A DNA stretch of 64,000 nucleotides, taken from positions 1 through 64,000 of the forward strand of contig CAYXJN010000001.1 of assembly GCA_964464605.1 (NCBI GenBank). Reading direction: 5' to 3'. Origin of the DNA: an uncultured Ignavibacteriales bacterium. Its GTDB lineage: Bacteria; Zixibacteria; MSB-5A5; GN15; FEB-12. The notes beneath the pieces are model-generated. The model was not told the origin of the DNA. It made no database searches and worked only from the letters and a program-made list of their open reading frames with translations. This document shows positions 30,133-40,481 of this stretch, piece after piece; the first letter of the stretch is position 1; every line of letters starts with the position of its first letter. A program made the position numbers and the translations under genes.

Positions 30133-31102
30133 TGCGATACTCCATCGTGGTAAAATCTGCAATACTGCCGGAATTAATCGTCGCTATAATTTCCCTGATA
30201 CCATCTGAAACTGTTTTTTTCGCAGTAAAGCCGAGACGATTTTTAATTTTGTCGCAGTTTACCCGGTAATCGCGCGGATCGGTATCCCGCTCTACGAATC
30301 GAACCAAGTGCTTGGCTTCCGGCAACTGCCGCAGCACTAACTCAACGAGTGTCCCTTTTTGATAATTTTCCGAACTGGTGCCGACATTGAATGCTTCCCC
30401 GTTTACCAACTGCGTATCCGCCTCAATGGCCAACTGGCAGGCGACTGCGATATCATCGACATGACAATACGGTCGCCAAAACTGTTCGCCGTAGATTTCA
30501 AGCTGCTTTCCGGATGCTAACATTGCCGCAAATTCATTCACCGTTAGATCAAAACGTGGACGGTTGGATAAGCCATAGGCAGTAGCAAAACGCAGAATGA
30601 CCGGCACAAACGAATCCCGTTTGTTGCGCAGCAACTCCAGTTCAAATCCGACTTTGGTTGTAGCATATAGCGAAATCGGATCAAGACGGGAGGTTTCATC
30701 CACCCACCCATCTTTCATTTCCATCCGCCCATAGTTGCTGCACGTAGAGGCAAAAACAAACCGCTTCACTTTAGCGGCGATTGCCTGCTCCAACACAACT
30801 GATGAACCATATGCATTCACTTCCCGCGCAAGTGATGGGTTCTGATTACAGGCCGGTTCTCCGACGATTGCTGCAAGATGAATGACGGCATCGACTCCCT
30901 GCATTGCTGCAGAAACTTCTTGGGCGTTTCTGATATCCCCTTTGAGATACTCAAAATTCGGATGGGAAATAAAGCTGCGAATCCCGCTGCCACCGAATAA
31001 GAGCAGATCGAATACCCGTACCTGATACCCGGCCGCAAGCAGCAGCGCGGTTACTCGTGAACCGATATAACCGCCGCCGCCGGTAATACAAACAGATTGC
31101 AT
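30125..31102 (-). CDS. NAD-dependent epimerase/dehydratase (extended SDR)
   Basis: TGGGGYIG, HLAAIVG, ASTCSNYG, YATTK, RFDLTVN. Confidence 0.9.
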   Translation of the reverse strand: MQSVCITGGGGYIGSRVTALLLAAGYQVRVFDLLLFGGSGIRSFISHPNFEYLKGDIRNAQEVSAAMQGVDAVIHLAAIVGEPACNQNPSLAREVNAYGSSVVLEQAIAAKVKRFVFASTCSNYGRMEMKDGWVDETSRLDPISLYATTKVGFELELLRNKRDSFVPVILRFATAYGLSNRPRFDLTVNEFAAMLASGKQLEIYGEQFWRPYCHVDDIAVACQLAIEADTQLVNGEAFNVGTSSENYQKGTLVELVLRQLPEAKHLVRFVERDTDPRDYRVNCDKIKNRLGFTAKKTVSDGIREIIATINSGSIADFTTMEYRNA

Positions 31103-31116
31103 AGGAACAAAATCAG

Positions 31117-33312
31117 TTAGTTCAACTGGGAAAGAATTTTTTTCGCGTCGGTCAGTTCATCGCCGCCCAAGCCAAGCGCAATACTCTTCTCAAGCAGCTT
31201 TTTATTATCTGGTTTGCCGATATGCACCCCTGCACGACCCATACGATAGAATGCTTCCGGACGAGTCGGATATGTTGCCGAAACATTCGCCGCTTCATTC
31301 CATGAGAGATCGAATCTTCCCATTTGATAGTAGATATCGATAAGATTGAGATATTCTCGAATGCCATAATTGGAATACATTACCGAACCGCGCGCAAGAT
31401 TTGCCGCTTTATCGAGGTTGATTCCGTTTTCCGCCAATAAACGGGAATACTGAAACACGAAATCAGGTGCGTTTTGATAGAGTGGATAGAGTGAATCCAC
31501 CATCTGCAGCGCCGTTTCGGTTTCTCCCATGCCTAAACGGGCTCTGCCGATCAGCACATGAAACACTGCGTTGTCAGGATCAAGGCGAATCCCTTTTTCC
31601 GCGAGTTCCTTCCCTTTGGCAAAATCCTTTTTATCAATAGCGTCAGTGGATAACAGCGTAATAACATCCGGGTTATCGGGTGCGATTGCGGCGAGGGTGT
31701 TTAATACCTGCGTTTTTCCTTCGGTATCATACTTCAGCGTAAGTGCATCTAAAAATCTGGTAATCGTCCGCATATCGCCGGATCTTGCTTTGCAATTCGC
31801 TTCAAACAGCTGCATTCCCTGATCTCGTTGGCCGACTAACACCAATGCTGCCGCCTGGCGAAGCCTGAGCGTCGGTGTAGATGCGGCAAAGTGCGGAAAG
31901 CGATCATACAACTGCACAGCTTCCTGATACCGCGCCTGATTTTCAAGCATGTCCTGATAATGTTCGAAGACCGGAAGGTAATTTGGGTTGACGCGAAGCG
32001 AGTTTTCATACCGCTCTTTGGCTTCTTCATAATGGCTGGCGCCGGCGCGGTTATACATATCACCGACATACATTTGCCAATCGTACTGCGGCGCATAGGC
32101 CTGATCAAAAATTGCTTTTAAGCTGTCGAAACGTCGGAATTCGCCGGATAAGTACAACACTGACATCCACTTAGCGCGAAACTCCCGCTTCCCGATGATG
32201 GGGCCGTATGTATCTTCAATGAACTCTACGCCTTTCCGCGGCTCCGCTTCAATTGCGAAAGTGCTGTAGAAATAGCCAACCAAGTACATTCTGGCTGCGT
32301 CGCTCATCGGTGCGTTTTTGAACGGATTGGTAACCGCATCCAAAAGTTCGTTTACCTGATACATATCCATCATTCCGGCGGTAGCCCGTAATTCATGAAG
32401 CGGTCGGGTCAAATTGGTTATACCGGCATAGCTGCTTAAATAAATGGATGCATTGCTTGCTTCTACGTACCGCTTCGATGAGTTGTAATAATCCGCGTGC
32501 ATTCCCCAATACACGCCGCTATCGGCGCCGGTTTTCATGACGTCCCGCATAACTTCACGCGCCGCTGCAAAATAGCCGAGTCGCAATGAGCGATCAAAAT
32601 GATGAATCCATACTAACGGAAGTTTTTTGGCCGCTTCCATTTCCTGCTTGCTGAACAGCATTGATGAATCGGCAAACCCAATTGTTTCGTAATAATCGGC
32701 GGCAACTTCGTAGTAACGAGGCGTGGCATTCTTGTTCGCTAAAGCGGATGAAGCAAGCGTTCGCGCACTGTCGAAATGTCCCAGTAAAAACTCCGCTCTC
32801 GCCCGTAGAAAATTCGCTTCCCCCTGGGAAAGGCCGATTTTTTGCGCGGAATCGATAATGCGATTGGCCAACTGCGGCAATCCCGCCTGCAGCACTGCTT
32901 CTGCTAATATGGAAACTGACTGCGGATTTTTAGCATCCACTTTCCCCAATTCATCGGCCGTGGTTACTGCATCATCAAAGGTACCGAGACGTTTTTGTAC
33001 CCGATACGCGCCGAGGTACCCTTCCGGAGCATCCGGCGACAGGTGCATGAGACTTCCGTAAATATCGAATGCATCGACAGTCCACAACTTTTGTTCGGCA
33101 ATCATTCCCGTTGAACCAAGCGCGCTGGGACTGGTAGGATCCAGTTTGGTCATTTCACCAACAATTGCTTCCGCCCCCTTGTAATCAAACGTGGCGAGTT
33201 TTTCGGTAAACTCTTGACGCAACTCGGACATTTTTTCCTCGGGCGTTTTGGAGCAACCGAATACCAAAAGAATGGTAGAAAGTATGAGTAGTATGCGGAC
33301 AATTTGCTTCAT
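31117..33312 (-). CDS. TPR-repeat lipoprotein
   Basis: Lipobox LVFGC; many helical TPR-like repeats. Confidence 0.7.
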   Translation of the reverse strand: MKQIVRILLILSTILLVFGCSKTPEEKMSELRQEFTEKLATFDYKGAEAIVGEMTKLDPTSPSALGSTGMIAEQKLWTVDAFDIYGSLMHLSPDAPEGYLGAYRVQKRLGTFDDAVTTADELGKVDAKNPQSVSILAEAVLQAGLPQLANRIIDSAQKIGLSQGEANFLRARAEFLLGHFDSARTLASSALANKNATPRYYEVAADYYETIGFADSSMLFSKQEMEAAKKLPLVWIHHFDRSLRLGYFAAAREVMRDVMKTGADSGVYWGMHADYYNSSKRYVEASNASIYLSSYAGITNLTRPLHELRATAGMMDMYQVNELLDAVTNPFKNAPMSDAARMYLVGYFYSTFAIEAEPRKGVEFIEDTYGPIIGKREFRAKWMSVLYLSGEFRRFDSLKAIFDQAYAPQYDWQMYVGDMYNRAGASHYEEAKERYENSLRVNPNYLPVFEHYQDMLENQARYQEAVQLYDRFPHFAASTPTLRLRQAAALVLVGQRDQGMQLFEANCKARSGDMRTITRFLDALTLKYDTEGKTQVLNTLAAIAPDNPDVITLLSTDAIDKKDFAKGKELAEKGIRLDPDNAVFHVLIGRARLGMGETETALQMVDSLYPLYQNAPDFVFQYSRLLAENGINLDKAANLARGSVMYSNYGIREYLNLIDIYYQMGRFDLSWNEAANVSATYPTRPEAFYRMGRAGVHIGKPDNKKLLEKSIALGLGGDELTDAKKILSQLN

Positions 33313-33470
33313 TGTAAAATCCTGGTTCCTGTCTGGTTAAAACGGGTATAAGCCTATAAATTCGCGTTTTTTTCGGTTCTTCGAAACTGTTTTTTTACAA
33401 GCAGTTACGCCGCCGTTTTCTTTGGCATCTTTAGCTTTGGCTGTCGATTTGAACTGGCTATATTATAAAT

Positions 33471-34196
33471 ATGATTACTCTCCACTCCACAGGCCTCCGG
33501 AAACAGTACCGAAAACGGCTGGTAGTTGACGATGTTTCGGTCGTTGTCAACCCGGGCGAAGTTGTCGGCCTTTTAGGCCCGAACGGCGCCGGAAAAACAA
33601 CCACGTTTTATATGCTCATCGGCTTTATCCGGCCGGATTCCGGACGGGTATTTTTGGGAGAAACGGAAATCAGCGGCAAACCGATGTATAAACGGGCGCA
33701 ATTGGGGATCGGCTATCTTGCCCAGGAAGCCTCGGTATTCCGAAAAATGACGGTTGAAGAAAACATCTACTCTATTCTCCAATTTCGAGGGTTGAACCGG
33801 GCGGACCGAAAAAAACGGCTGGAAGAATTGCTGCGGGAACTGGATATCGCCCATTTGCGAAAAAGCAAAGCCTTTACGCTTTCCGGTGGTGAACGCCGAC
33901 GGGTAGAAATCACCCGCGCTATGGTCAATGACCCGAAATTTATCCTTTTGGATGAACCGTTCGCCGGAATCGACCCGATTGCCGTGGAGGATATTCAAAA
34001 AATTATCAATCGGCTGGTCGAACGGGGACTCGGTGTATTGATTACCGACCATAATGTTCGGGAGACGCTGTCGATCTGTAACCGGGCGTATATTATGTGT
34101 GACGGAAAGATTTTAAAGGACGGTACAGCCGAATTTTTGGCAAACGACCCTGAGGCCAGAAAAATATACCTTGGGGAAAAATTCCGCCTGAATTAG
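33471..34196 (+). CDS. lptB: LPS export ABC ATPase
   Basis: [49 protein letters not shown]; upstream of rpoN. Confidence 0.95.
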   Translation: MITLHSTGLRKQYRKRLVVDDVSVVVNPGEVVGLLGPNGAGKTTTFYMLIGFIRPDSGRVFLGETEISGKPMYKRAQLGIGYLAQEASVFRKMTVEENIYSILQFRGLNRADRKKRLEELLRELDIAHLRKSKAFTLSGGERRRVEITRAMVNDPKFILLDEPFAGIDPIAVEDIQKIINRLVERGLGVLITDHNVRETLSICNRAYIMCDGKILKDGTAEFLANDPEARKIYLGEKFRLN

Positions 34197-34303
34197 GCCG
34201 GTGTGTAATATATGAACTTCCTTGAAACCCCTCATGAAATCCGCCTTTCCGATACCGATAAACAGGTAAGGGAAGTATCATTCGACGGACAGACAGGGTA
34301 ACC

Positions 34304-35722
34304 ATGAAACTGCATCTTAGACCAAATTTAGCACTCAAACAAACCTTAGCTCCGCAGCTTATTCAGTCTTTGAAAATGCTGCAGATGCCGGTACTCAAAC
34401 TTGAGCAGACTATCCGGCATGAACTGGAAATTAATCCGCTTCTAGAAGAAATCGAAGAGCTCACGGTCGAACAGGAAGTTCCTGAAGAACGGGAAGCGGA
34501 ATTCGACGTTACGTCGAACACCGCTTCGACCGAAGAGCCGGCGCAAAATTGGGATGATTACAACAGCTTCGATTCCGAGGAAGGCTATAAAGTCACCGAT
34601 TCACACGAAGGAAAAGAGGACTGGCTCGAAGGGACCGCAAGCAAGCCGGTAAGTCTCTACGACCATTTATTCGAGCAGCTAAAACTGCTCCGTCTTTCCG
34701 AAGACCAGCAGTTAATCGGCGAGTACATCATTGGCAATATCTCTCCGGAAGGTTACCTCGCTATCAGTGTTCCTGAAATGGCAGCTGAGCTTTCCGTCGA
34801 AGCGGCAAAAATCGAGGATGTGCTTCACCTGATTCAGCGGTTTGACCCGATCGGCGTCGGCTCACGGGATTTGCGTGAATCACTCTTGATTCAACTTCGG
34901 GAAAAAGGATTAACCGACACCCTCGCCTGGCAGATTGTCGATGAGCATATCCATGACCTGGATAAAAAATCATTCTTGCAACTCTCCCGCACATTAAGCA
35001 CGACTCCGGAACGGGTGGAAGCTGCTATGGGCATTATCCGCAGTCTCGCTCCTACTCCGGCCTTAGGCCGCTTTGATCCGGGCGCAACGCCGGTTGTGCC
35101 TGACTTGGTAGTCGAACGGGTGGGTGAAGATTTTATTGTCTACCACAACGACCAGTATATCCCCCGTTTGCGGATTAACTCGGTTTATCGTGATTTAGGA
35201 CGGCGCAACGCCACCGCCAATCAGGATACCAAAGAATACGTCAAATCGAAGCTGGAACAGGCGCGCTGGCTGATAAACGCCATTGAGCAGCGTCGCCAGA
35301 CGATGATTCGGGTGATGACCGCAATCGTGGAACGGCAGCGGGATTTCTTTGAAAAAGGGGAAGCGTTTTTAAAACCCCTTATCATGGAAGAAATCGCGCA
35401 GGTAGTCGAAATGAACGTTGCTACTATCAGCCGCGTATCGAACGGTAAATATGTCCAGACACCGCTCGGCGTATTTGAAATCAAATACTTCTTCAACGCC
35501 GGTATCAGCAGCACCGAAGGGGAAGATGTATCGAAGAGCAGCGTTAAACGACGGCTGGAAGAGATTATCAAATCGGAATCTCCGGAGCGCCCATTGTCAG
35601 ATCAGGAGATTTTCCAGTTATTGAATAAAGAAGGCATACAATTAGCTCGGCGCACAGTGACCAAATACCGTGAAGAGCTCAAGATACCGCCGGCACGTAT
35701 GCGTAAACGGGTTACGGCATAG
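34304..35722 (+). CDS. rpoN: RNA polymerase sigma-54 factor
   Basis: PQLIQSLKMLQ, NPLLE, ATISRV, PLSD, RpoN box ARRTVTKYRE. Confidence 0.96.
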   Translation: MKLHLRPNLALKQTLAPQLIQSLKMLQMPVLKLEQTIRHELEINPLLEEIEELTVEQEVPEEREAEFDVTSNTASTEEPAQNWDDYNSFDSEEGYKVTDSHEGKEDWLEGTASKPVSLYDHLFEQLKLLRLSEDQQLIGEYIIGNISPEGYLAISVPEMAAELSVEAAKIEDVLHLIQRFDPIGVGSRDLRESLLIQLREKGLTDTLAWQIVDEHIHDLDKKSFLQLSRTLSTTPERVEAAMGIIRSLAPTPALGRFDPGATPVVPDLVVERVGEDFIVYHNDQYIPRLRINSVYRDLGRRNATANQDTKEYVKSKLEQARWLINAIEQRRQTMIRVMTAIVERQRDFFEKGEAFLKPLIMEEIAQVVEMNVATISRVSNGKYVQTPLGVFEIKYFFNAGISSTEGEDVSKSSVKRRLEEIIKSESPERPLSDQEIFQLLNKEGIQLARRTVTKYREELKIPPARMRKRVTA

Positions 35723-35733
35723 AAAGCATTATC

Positions 35734-35759
35734 AAACGCGCGTACAGATACGCGTTTTT
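35734..35759 (+). terminator. Weak terminator-like hairpin between rpoN and glpX
   Basis: CGCGTA-CAGA-TACGCG-TTTTT. Confidence 0.35.
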
Positions 35760-35780
35760 GTCTACTCATAGGATGGGTTC

Positions 35781-36737
35781 ATGGATCGCAATTTAGCCTT
35801 AGAAATGGTTCGAGTCACAGAAGCAGCCGCTTTGGCCGCCGCCCGCTGGATGGGCAAAGGGGATGGCAAAAGCGCCGATCACGCTGCTGTTGAAGCAATG
35901 CGCGGCGTGCTCGATTCACTCTCTTTCGATGGAACAATCGTAATCGGTGAAGGGGAACGGGATGAAGCGCCGATGCTCTACATTGGAGAGAAAGTAGGAA
36001 TCGGAAGCGACCCGCAGGTGGATATAGCCGTCGATCCGCTTGAATGCACCAATTCAGTCGCCTACGGTCGCGGCAACGCGATGGCCGTAGTCGCTTTGGC
36101 GCCCAAAGGTGACCTGCTAAACGCACCTGATTGCTATATGGAAAAAATAGCGACCGGCCCGGAAGCCGCGGATGTCATCGATTTGAACGTTTCGATCGAA
36201 GACAACCTTGCCCGTGTCGCCAAAGCAAAAGGATTCGCCGTTTCAGACTTAACCGTTGTTATCCTTGACCGTGACCGCCATGCTGATATTATCACCCGCG
36301 TTCGCAAAGTCGGAGCGCGAATCCACCTGATAACGGATGGGGACGTTGCCGCTGCAATCGCTGCTGCAAGCCCGTTAACCGGAATCGATTTGCTTTTGGG
36401 CACCGGAGGCGCACCCGAAGGAGTGCTGGCCGCTGCTGCGTTGCGCTGTTTGGGTGGTGAAATTCAGGGACGATTAGTTTTCCGCAATAAAGATGAGGTC
36501 AGACGCGCTGAGGCAATGGGAATCAGTGACTTAAACCGCGTCTATACCTCGAAAGACCTCGCCCGTGGGGATAATGTTATGTTCGCCTGTACAGGAGTGA
36601 CCGACGGGGACCTTCTGCGCGGCGTACAATACCATGCCGACGGCGCCAAGACCCACTCACTGGTTATGCGCCTGATGACAGGAACCAGACGGACGATTAC
36701 GACCGAACACTTTTTCCGAGGCCATCCGAAGTATTAA
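35781..36737 (+). CDS. glpX: Class II fructose-1,6-bisphosphatase
   Basis: VRVTEAAA, VIGEGERDEAPML, AVDPLE, DGDV, GGAPEGV, TGVTDG. Confidence 0.95.
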   Translation: MDRNLALEMVRVTEAAALAAARWMGKGDGKSADHAAVEAMRGVLDSLSFDGTIVIGEGERDEAPMLYIGEKVGIGSDPQVDIAVDPLECTNSVAYGRGNAMAVVALAPKGDLLNAPDCYMEKIATGPEAADVIDLNVSIEDNLARVAKAKGFAVSDLTVVILDRDRHADIITRVRKVGARIHLITDGDVAAAIAAASPLTGIDLLLGTGGAPEGVLAAAALRCLGGEIQGRLVFRNKDEVRRAEAMGISDLNRVYTSKDLARGDNVMFACTGVTDGDLLRGVQYHADGAKTHSLVMRLMTGTRRTITTEHFFRGHPKY

Positions 36738-36768
36738 CGGATGCCCGATTAACTGAAGGAGCGTTGTT

Positions 36769-37134
36769 ATGCAAAAACTCATATCCGCGCGGAACTTTGA
36801 CCTGAGTGACCGGCTGAAACGACATGCCGAAGGGGAAATGGATAATCTCACGAAGTTCTTCGAAAGCATTATTTCCTGCGAACTCGTACTCACTGAAGGA
36901 ACCAAGCAGCATTTACGAACCGCCGAACTCAAAGTAAAAGTATACAACTCCGTTATCACCGCCACCGCCGAAGCGAACGATATTTATTCTGCCATGGCCG
37001 AAGCATTCGACCGGGTAACCACCCAACTGAAAAAGCATAAAGCGAAGCTGAAAGAAAAAGACTCTAACACTATCACCCGCACGAAAACCGCGGCAACCCG
37101 TCCGAAAACCGACGTTGAAGAAGTCGATATTTGA
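36769..37134 (+). CDS. hpf: Ribosome hibernation promoting factor (HPF/RaiA)
   Basis: ISARNFDLSDRLK, LTKFF, DIYSAM, QLKKHKAK; rpoN context. Confidence 0.85.
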   Translation: MQKLISARNFDLSDRLKRHAEGEMDNLTKFFESIISCELVLTEGTKQHLRTAELKVKVYNSVITATAEANDIYSAMAEAFDRVTTQLKKHKAKLKEKDSNTITRTKTAATRPKTDVEEVDI

Positions 37135-37152
37135 TTTCGGCAAACAGATGAC

Positions 37153-37190
37153 AAAAAAACGGCGCCTTTGAAGGGGCGCCGTTTCTATTT
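37153..37190. terminator. Bidirectional rho-independent terminator
   Basis: A7-CGGCGCC...GGCGCCG-TTT between convergent hpf and glmS. Confidence 0.8.
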
Positions 37191-37208
37191 GTAGCTATTT
37201 CGAAATGA

Positions 37209-39035
37209 TTATTCGACCGTAACTGACTTAGCCAGATTACGCGGTTGGTCAACGTTACAGCCGCGCATGACAGCGATATGATACGCCATCAACTGAAGCG
37301 GTATCACCGACAACAGCGGCGTTAACAGGCTGATAGTTTCCGGAACATAGATAACATGATTGACCCGTTCGGCGATTTCTTCATCCCCTTCGGTGGCGAT
37401 GGCGATAACCCGTCCCGACCGGGCGCGCACTTCCTGAATGTTCGACATAACTTTGTCGTACACCGGGTCCTTAAGCGCGATAACCACAACCGGCATATGC
37501 TCGTCGATCAAGGCGATCGGGCCATGTTTCATTTCCGCCGCCGGATATCCTTCGGCATGGATGTAAGAGATTTCTTTGAGTTTTAAAGCACCTTCAAGCG
37601 CGACCGGGAAATTGTTGCCGCGGCCGAGATACAGGAAGTTGTTCGCGCGGTAATACTGCTCAGCGATCTTTTTGATCTGGTCTTCGGTGCTGAGAATCTT
37701 TTCGACTTTGGCCGGGATTTCCTCGATAGCCCGAAGAATCTCTTCCCCGCGCTGTACCGACAGATGACGCATACGTCCTAAAAGCGTGGCGAAAAGCGCC
37801 AGCATGATAACCTGCGAGGTAAACGCCTTGGTCGATGCTACCCCGATTTCCGGACCGGCGTGGATATAGACACCACCATCCGATTCACGGGCGATAGTCG
37901 AACCAACGACGTTGACCAATCCTAAGCAGGACAGACCATGTTTCTTCGCTTCCCGCATAGCGGCCAGCGTATCGGCGGTTTCTCCTGATTGAGAGATACC
38001 AAGCAATACGGAGCCATCTTCGAAAATCGGAGAACGGTAGCGATATTCAGAGGCGTATTCGACTTCAACCGGCACACGGGCGAGTTCTTCGATAAGGTAT
38101 TCACCGATCAATCCGGCATGCCATGACGTACCGCAGCCGGTGATGATTACCCGTTTGATATCGCGGAGTTCATCGTATTGCAGATTCAAACCGCCTAAGC
38201 GGGGCATCCCCTCTTCATGGTTGAAACGGCCACGAATAGCATTGCGGAGTGAATCCGGCTGTTCATGAATCTCTTTGAGCATGAAATGCTCATAGCCGCC
38301 TTTTTCAATCTGATCAAGCGACCAGCTGACCTCTTCGATCTGCGGCGTAATTTTTACATTCTGAATCGTCGTGATTTCGTAGGAGTCGGCGGTAATCGTC
38401 GCGATTTCTCCGTCTTCCAAATAGACCACGCGATTGGTGTGTTCGAGCATCGCCGAAACGTCTGACCCGACAAAGTTTTCACCGTCACCATGCCCAAGCA
38501 CGAGCGGAGAACCATGACGCGCGACCACCATCGTCCCCGGATGCAAGGCGGCAATAACGGCGATGCCGTAGGTCCCTTCCACCTGCGTCAAGGCGCTGCG
38601 GACCGCTTCGGTCAAATCGCCGCGATAGTGAATGCGAATTAAATGAACGAGAACTTCGGTATCGGTTTCGGTGCGGATAATACAGCCGGCCCGTTTCAAA
38701 AATTCCCGCAGGGTGCGGTAGTTTTCGATGATGCCGTTATGCACCAACGCGATTTCATTTTTATCATCGGTATGCGGATGGGCGTTCAGTTCATTTGGTT
38801 CGCCGTGGGTTGCCCAACGGGTGTGCGCGATACCATAATGACAATCGAAATCATCATCACCGATCGTTTTTTCCAAATTAGCAATTTTTCCGGCTGACTT
38901 GGCAACCATGAGACCATCGGGCGTCATCAAAGCCAGTCCGGCGGAATCATATCCGCGATATTCGAGTCGTTTGAGTCCGCCGAGTAAAATCGGCACGGCC
39001 TTTTTCGGGCCTACATATCCAACTATTCCGCACAT
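37209..39035 (-). CDS. glmS: Glutamine-fructose-6-phosphate aminotransferase
   Basis: MCGIVGY, LEYRGYDSAG, HTRWATHG, SQSGETAD, PRNLAKSVTVE. Confidence 0.98.
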   Translation of the reverse strand: MCGIVGYVGPKKAVPILLGGLKRLEYRGYDSAGLALMTPDGLMVAKSAGKIANLEKTIGDDDFDCHYGIAHTRWATHGEPNELNAHPHTDDKNEIALVHNGIIENYRTLREFLKRAGCIIRTETDTEVLVHLIRIHYRGDLTEAVRSALTQVEGTYGIAVIAALHPGTMVVARHGSPLVLGHGDGENFVGSDVSAMLEHTNRVVYLEDGEIATITADSYEITTIQNVKITPQIEEVSWSLDQIEKGGYEHFMLKEIHEQPDSLRNAIRGRFNHEEGMPRLGGLNLQYDELRDIKRVIITGCGTSWHAGLIGEYLIEELARVPVEVEYASEYRYRSPIFEDGSVLLGISQSGETADTLAAMREAKKHGLSCLGLVNVVGSTIARESDGGVYIHAGPEIGVASTKAFTSQVIMLALFATLLGRMRHLSVQRGEEILRAIEEIPAKVEKILSTEDQIKKIAEQYYRANNFLYLGRGNNFPVALEGALKLKEISYIHAEGYPAAEMKHGPIALIDEHMPVVVIALKDPVYDKVMSNIQEVRARSGRVIAIATEGDEEIAERVNHVIYVPETISLLTPLLSVIPLQLMAYHIAVMRGCNVDQPRNLAKSVTVE

Positions 39036-39044
39036 GGTTGTCCT

Positions 39045-40406
39045 CTACGCGGCAAAAAAGTTTTGTATCTCTTTAGTCAATCTATCGGTTGTTTCGGCAT
39101 GATTCGTTTCTACAATCAGTCGATAGATTGGTTCTGTATTTGACGACCTAATTTGCGCCCAGCCACCTGAAAAATCACAGCGAATGCCGTCTTGTTTATC
39201 GATGCTGACCGATCCGAACAGCCGATTCGCTTCGGCTTCAAACCGTTGCAGGCGGGCCGGAAAATCATCCGGCAACGCTGCTTTAGTCTTTACAGCATAA
39301 TACTTTGGCAGAGATTTGGCAAGCTCGCCGAGGGTGCGTTTTTCACTCGCCACGCAGGAAAGTGTGAGCGCCGCCGCTACCAAAGAATCCCGTCCGGTGT
39401 GAAATGATGGGAAAATAACGCCGCCGTTTCCTTCTCCGCCGATTACCGCGTTCTTTTTATGCATCAAATCGACCACGTTGGCCTCTCCTACCTTTGAGTA
39501 GAAGACTTTCGAGCCGGCTGCATCCGCTATATCGGCAGTTGCCTTGGAGGTGGAAAGATTAATAACGGTCGCACCTTTTATTTTTTTCAACACTTCCTTA
39601 ACCGCAATCGCGAGCGTTAGTTCCTCACCGATCGGTTTGCCGTGTTCATCGACTAAGGCCAGCCGGTCGGCATCCGGGTCGGAAGCCATCCCGAAATCCG
39701 CTTTTTTCTTAACGACCATATCGCACAGCTGTTTCATATTTTTTGGAATCGGTTCCGGCTCATGCACAAAGTTGCCATCCCCTTCGCAGTTGATTTTGAT
39801 AACTTTGACACCGAGCGCTTCCAAAAGCATCGGCAGCGCAGTGGAACCGGCGCCGTTGATGCAGTCCAAAACGATTTTGAATTTCGCTTTTTTAATCGCC
39901 GCTTTGTTGATGACTTTGAGCGCGAGGGTTTGCTTAACATGTTTTGCTACCCACACATCTTGCGTACTGATTTTACCGAGTCCGGAATATGGCTTGGTCG
40001 TAAAAGTGCCGCTTTTCAAAATAGCATCGAAAGCGCGGTATTGATCGGGTGATAAAAATTCACCGGTGTTATTGAAAAATTTCAGCGCGTTCCATTCGGA
40101 TGGATTATGCGACGCGGTAATACAGATACCACCGGCCGCTTTCAAATCTTTAACCGCGATTTCAACAGTCGGGGTCGGGACGATACCGATTTCGACAACA
40201 TCGATACCGACCGAAACCAATCCGGCGGAAACGGCGCGCATTATCATATCCCCGGACGGGCGGCTGTCCCTGCCCAAAATGACTGTACCTTTTTTAACAA
40301 AAGTGCCGTAGGCACCGCCGTAGCGGGCGGCTAATTCGGGGGTGAGTTCATGGCCGATTACGCCGCGAACTCCGGAAGTTGATGCTATAAACGTCTTTGA
40401 ATTCAT
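39045..40406 (-). CDS. glmM: Phosphoglucosamine mutase / PMM-PGM family
   Basis: STSGVRG, GRDSR, ITASHNP, DPDADR, GGEGNGG, RSSNTEP; adjacent to glmS; start set at ATG 40406. Confidence 0.85.
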   Translation of the reverse strand: MNSKTFIASTSGVRGVIGHELTPELAARYGGAYGTFVKKGTVILGRDSRPSGDMIMRAVSAGLVSVGIDVVEIGIVPTPTVEIAVKDLKAAGGICITASHNPSEWNALKFFNNTGEFLSPDQYRAFDAILKSGTFTTKPYSGLGKISTQDVWVAKHVKQTLALKVINKAAIKKAKFKIVLDCINGAGSTALPMLLEALGVKVIKINCEGDGNFVHEPEPIPKNMKQLCDMVVKKKADFGMASDPDADRLALVDEHGKPIGEELTLAIAVKEVLKKIKGATVINLSTSKATADIADAAGSKVFYSKVGEANVVDLMHKKNAVIGGEGNGGVIFPSFHTGRDSLVAAALTLSCVASEKRTLGELAKSLPKYYAVKTKAALPDDFPARLQRFEAEANRLFGSVSIDKQDGIRCDFSGGWAQIRSSNTEPIYRLIVETNHAETTDRLTKEIQNFFAA

Positions 40407-40481
40407 AGGTCTTACAGGTATATCGGCTAAATACCGGTTTCGGTATATAAAAGTTGGTGAATTTCGCAATGAAACGCGGGA

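Noticed and set aside
33421..33442. Possible sigma54 promoter (TGGCA...) upstream of lptB
   Set aside because: The GG-N10-GC spacing is not met
39036..39110. glmS ribozyme upstream of glmS
   Set aside because: Only 9 bp separate glmM from glmS, leaving no room, and no matching core is present
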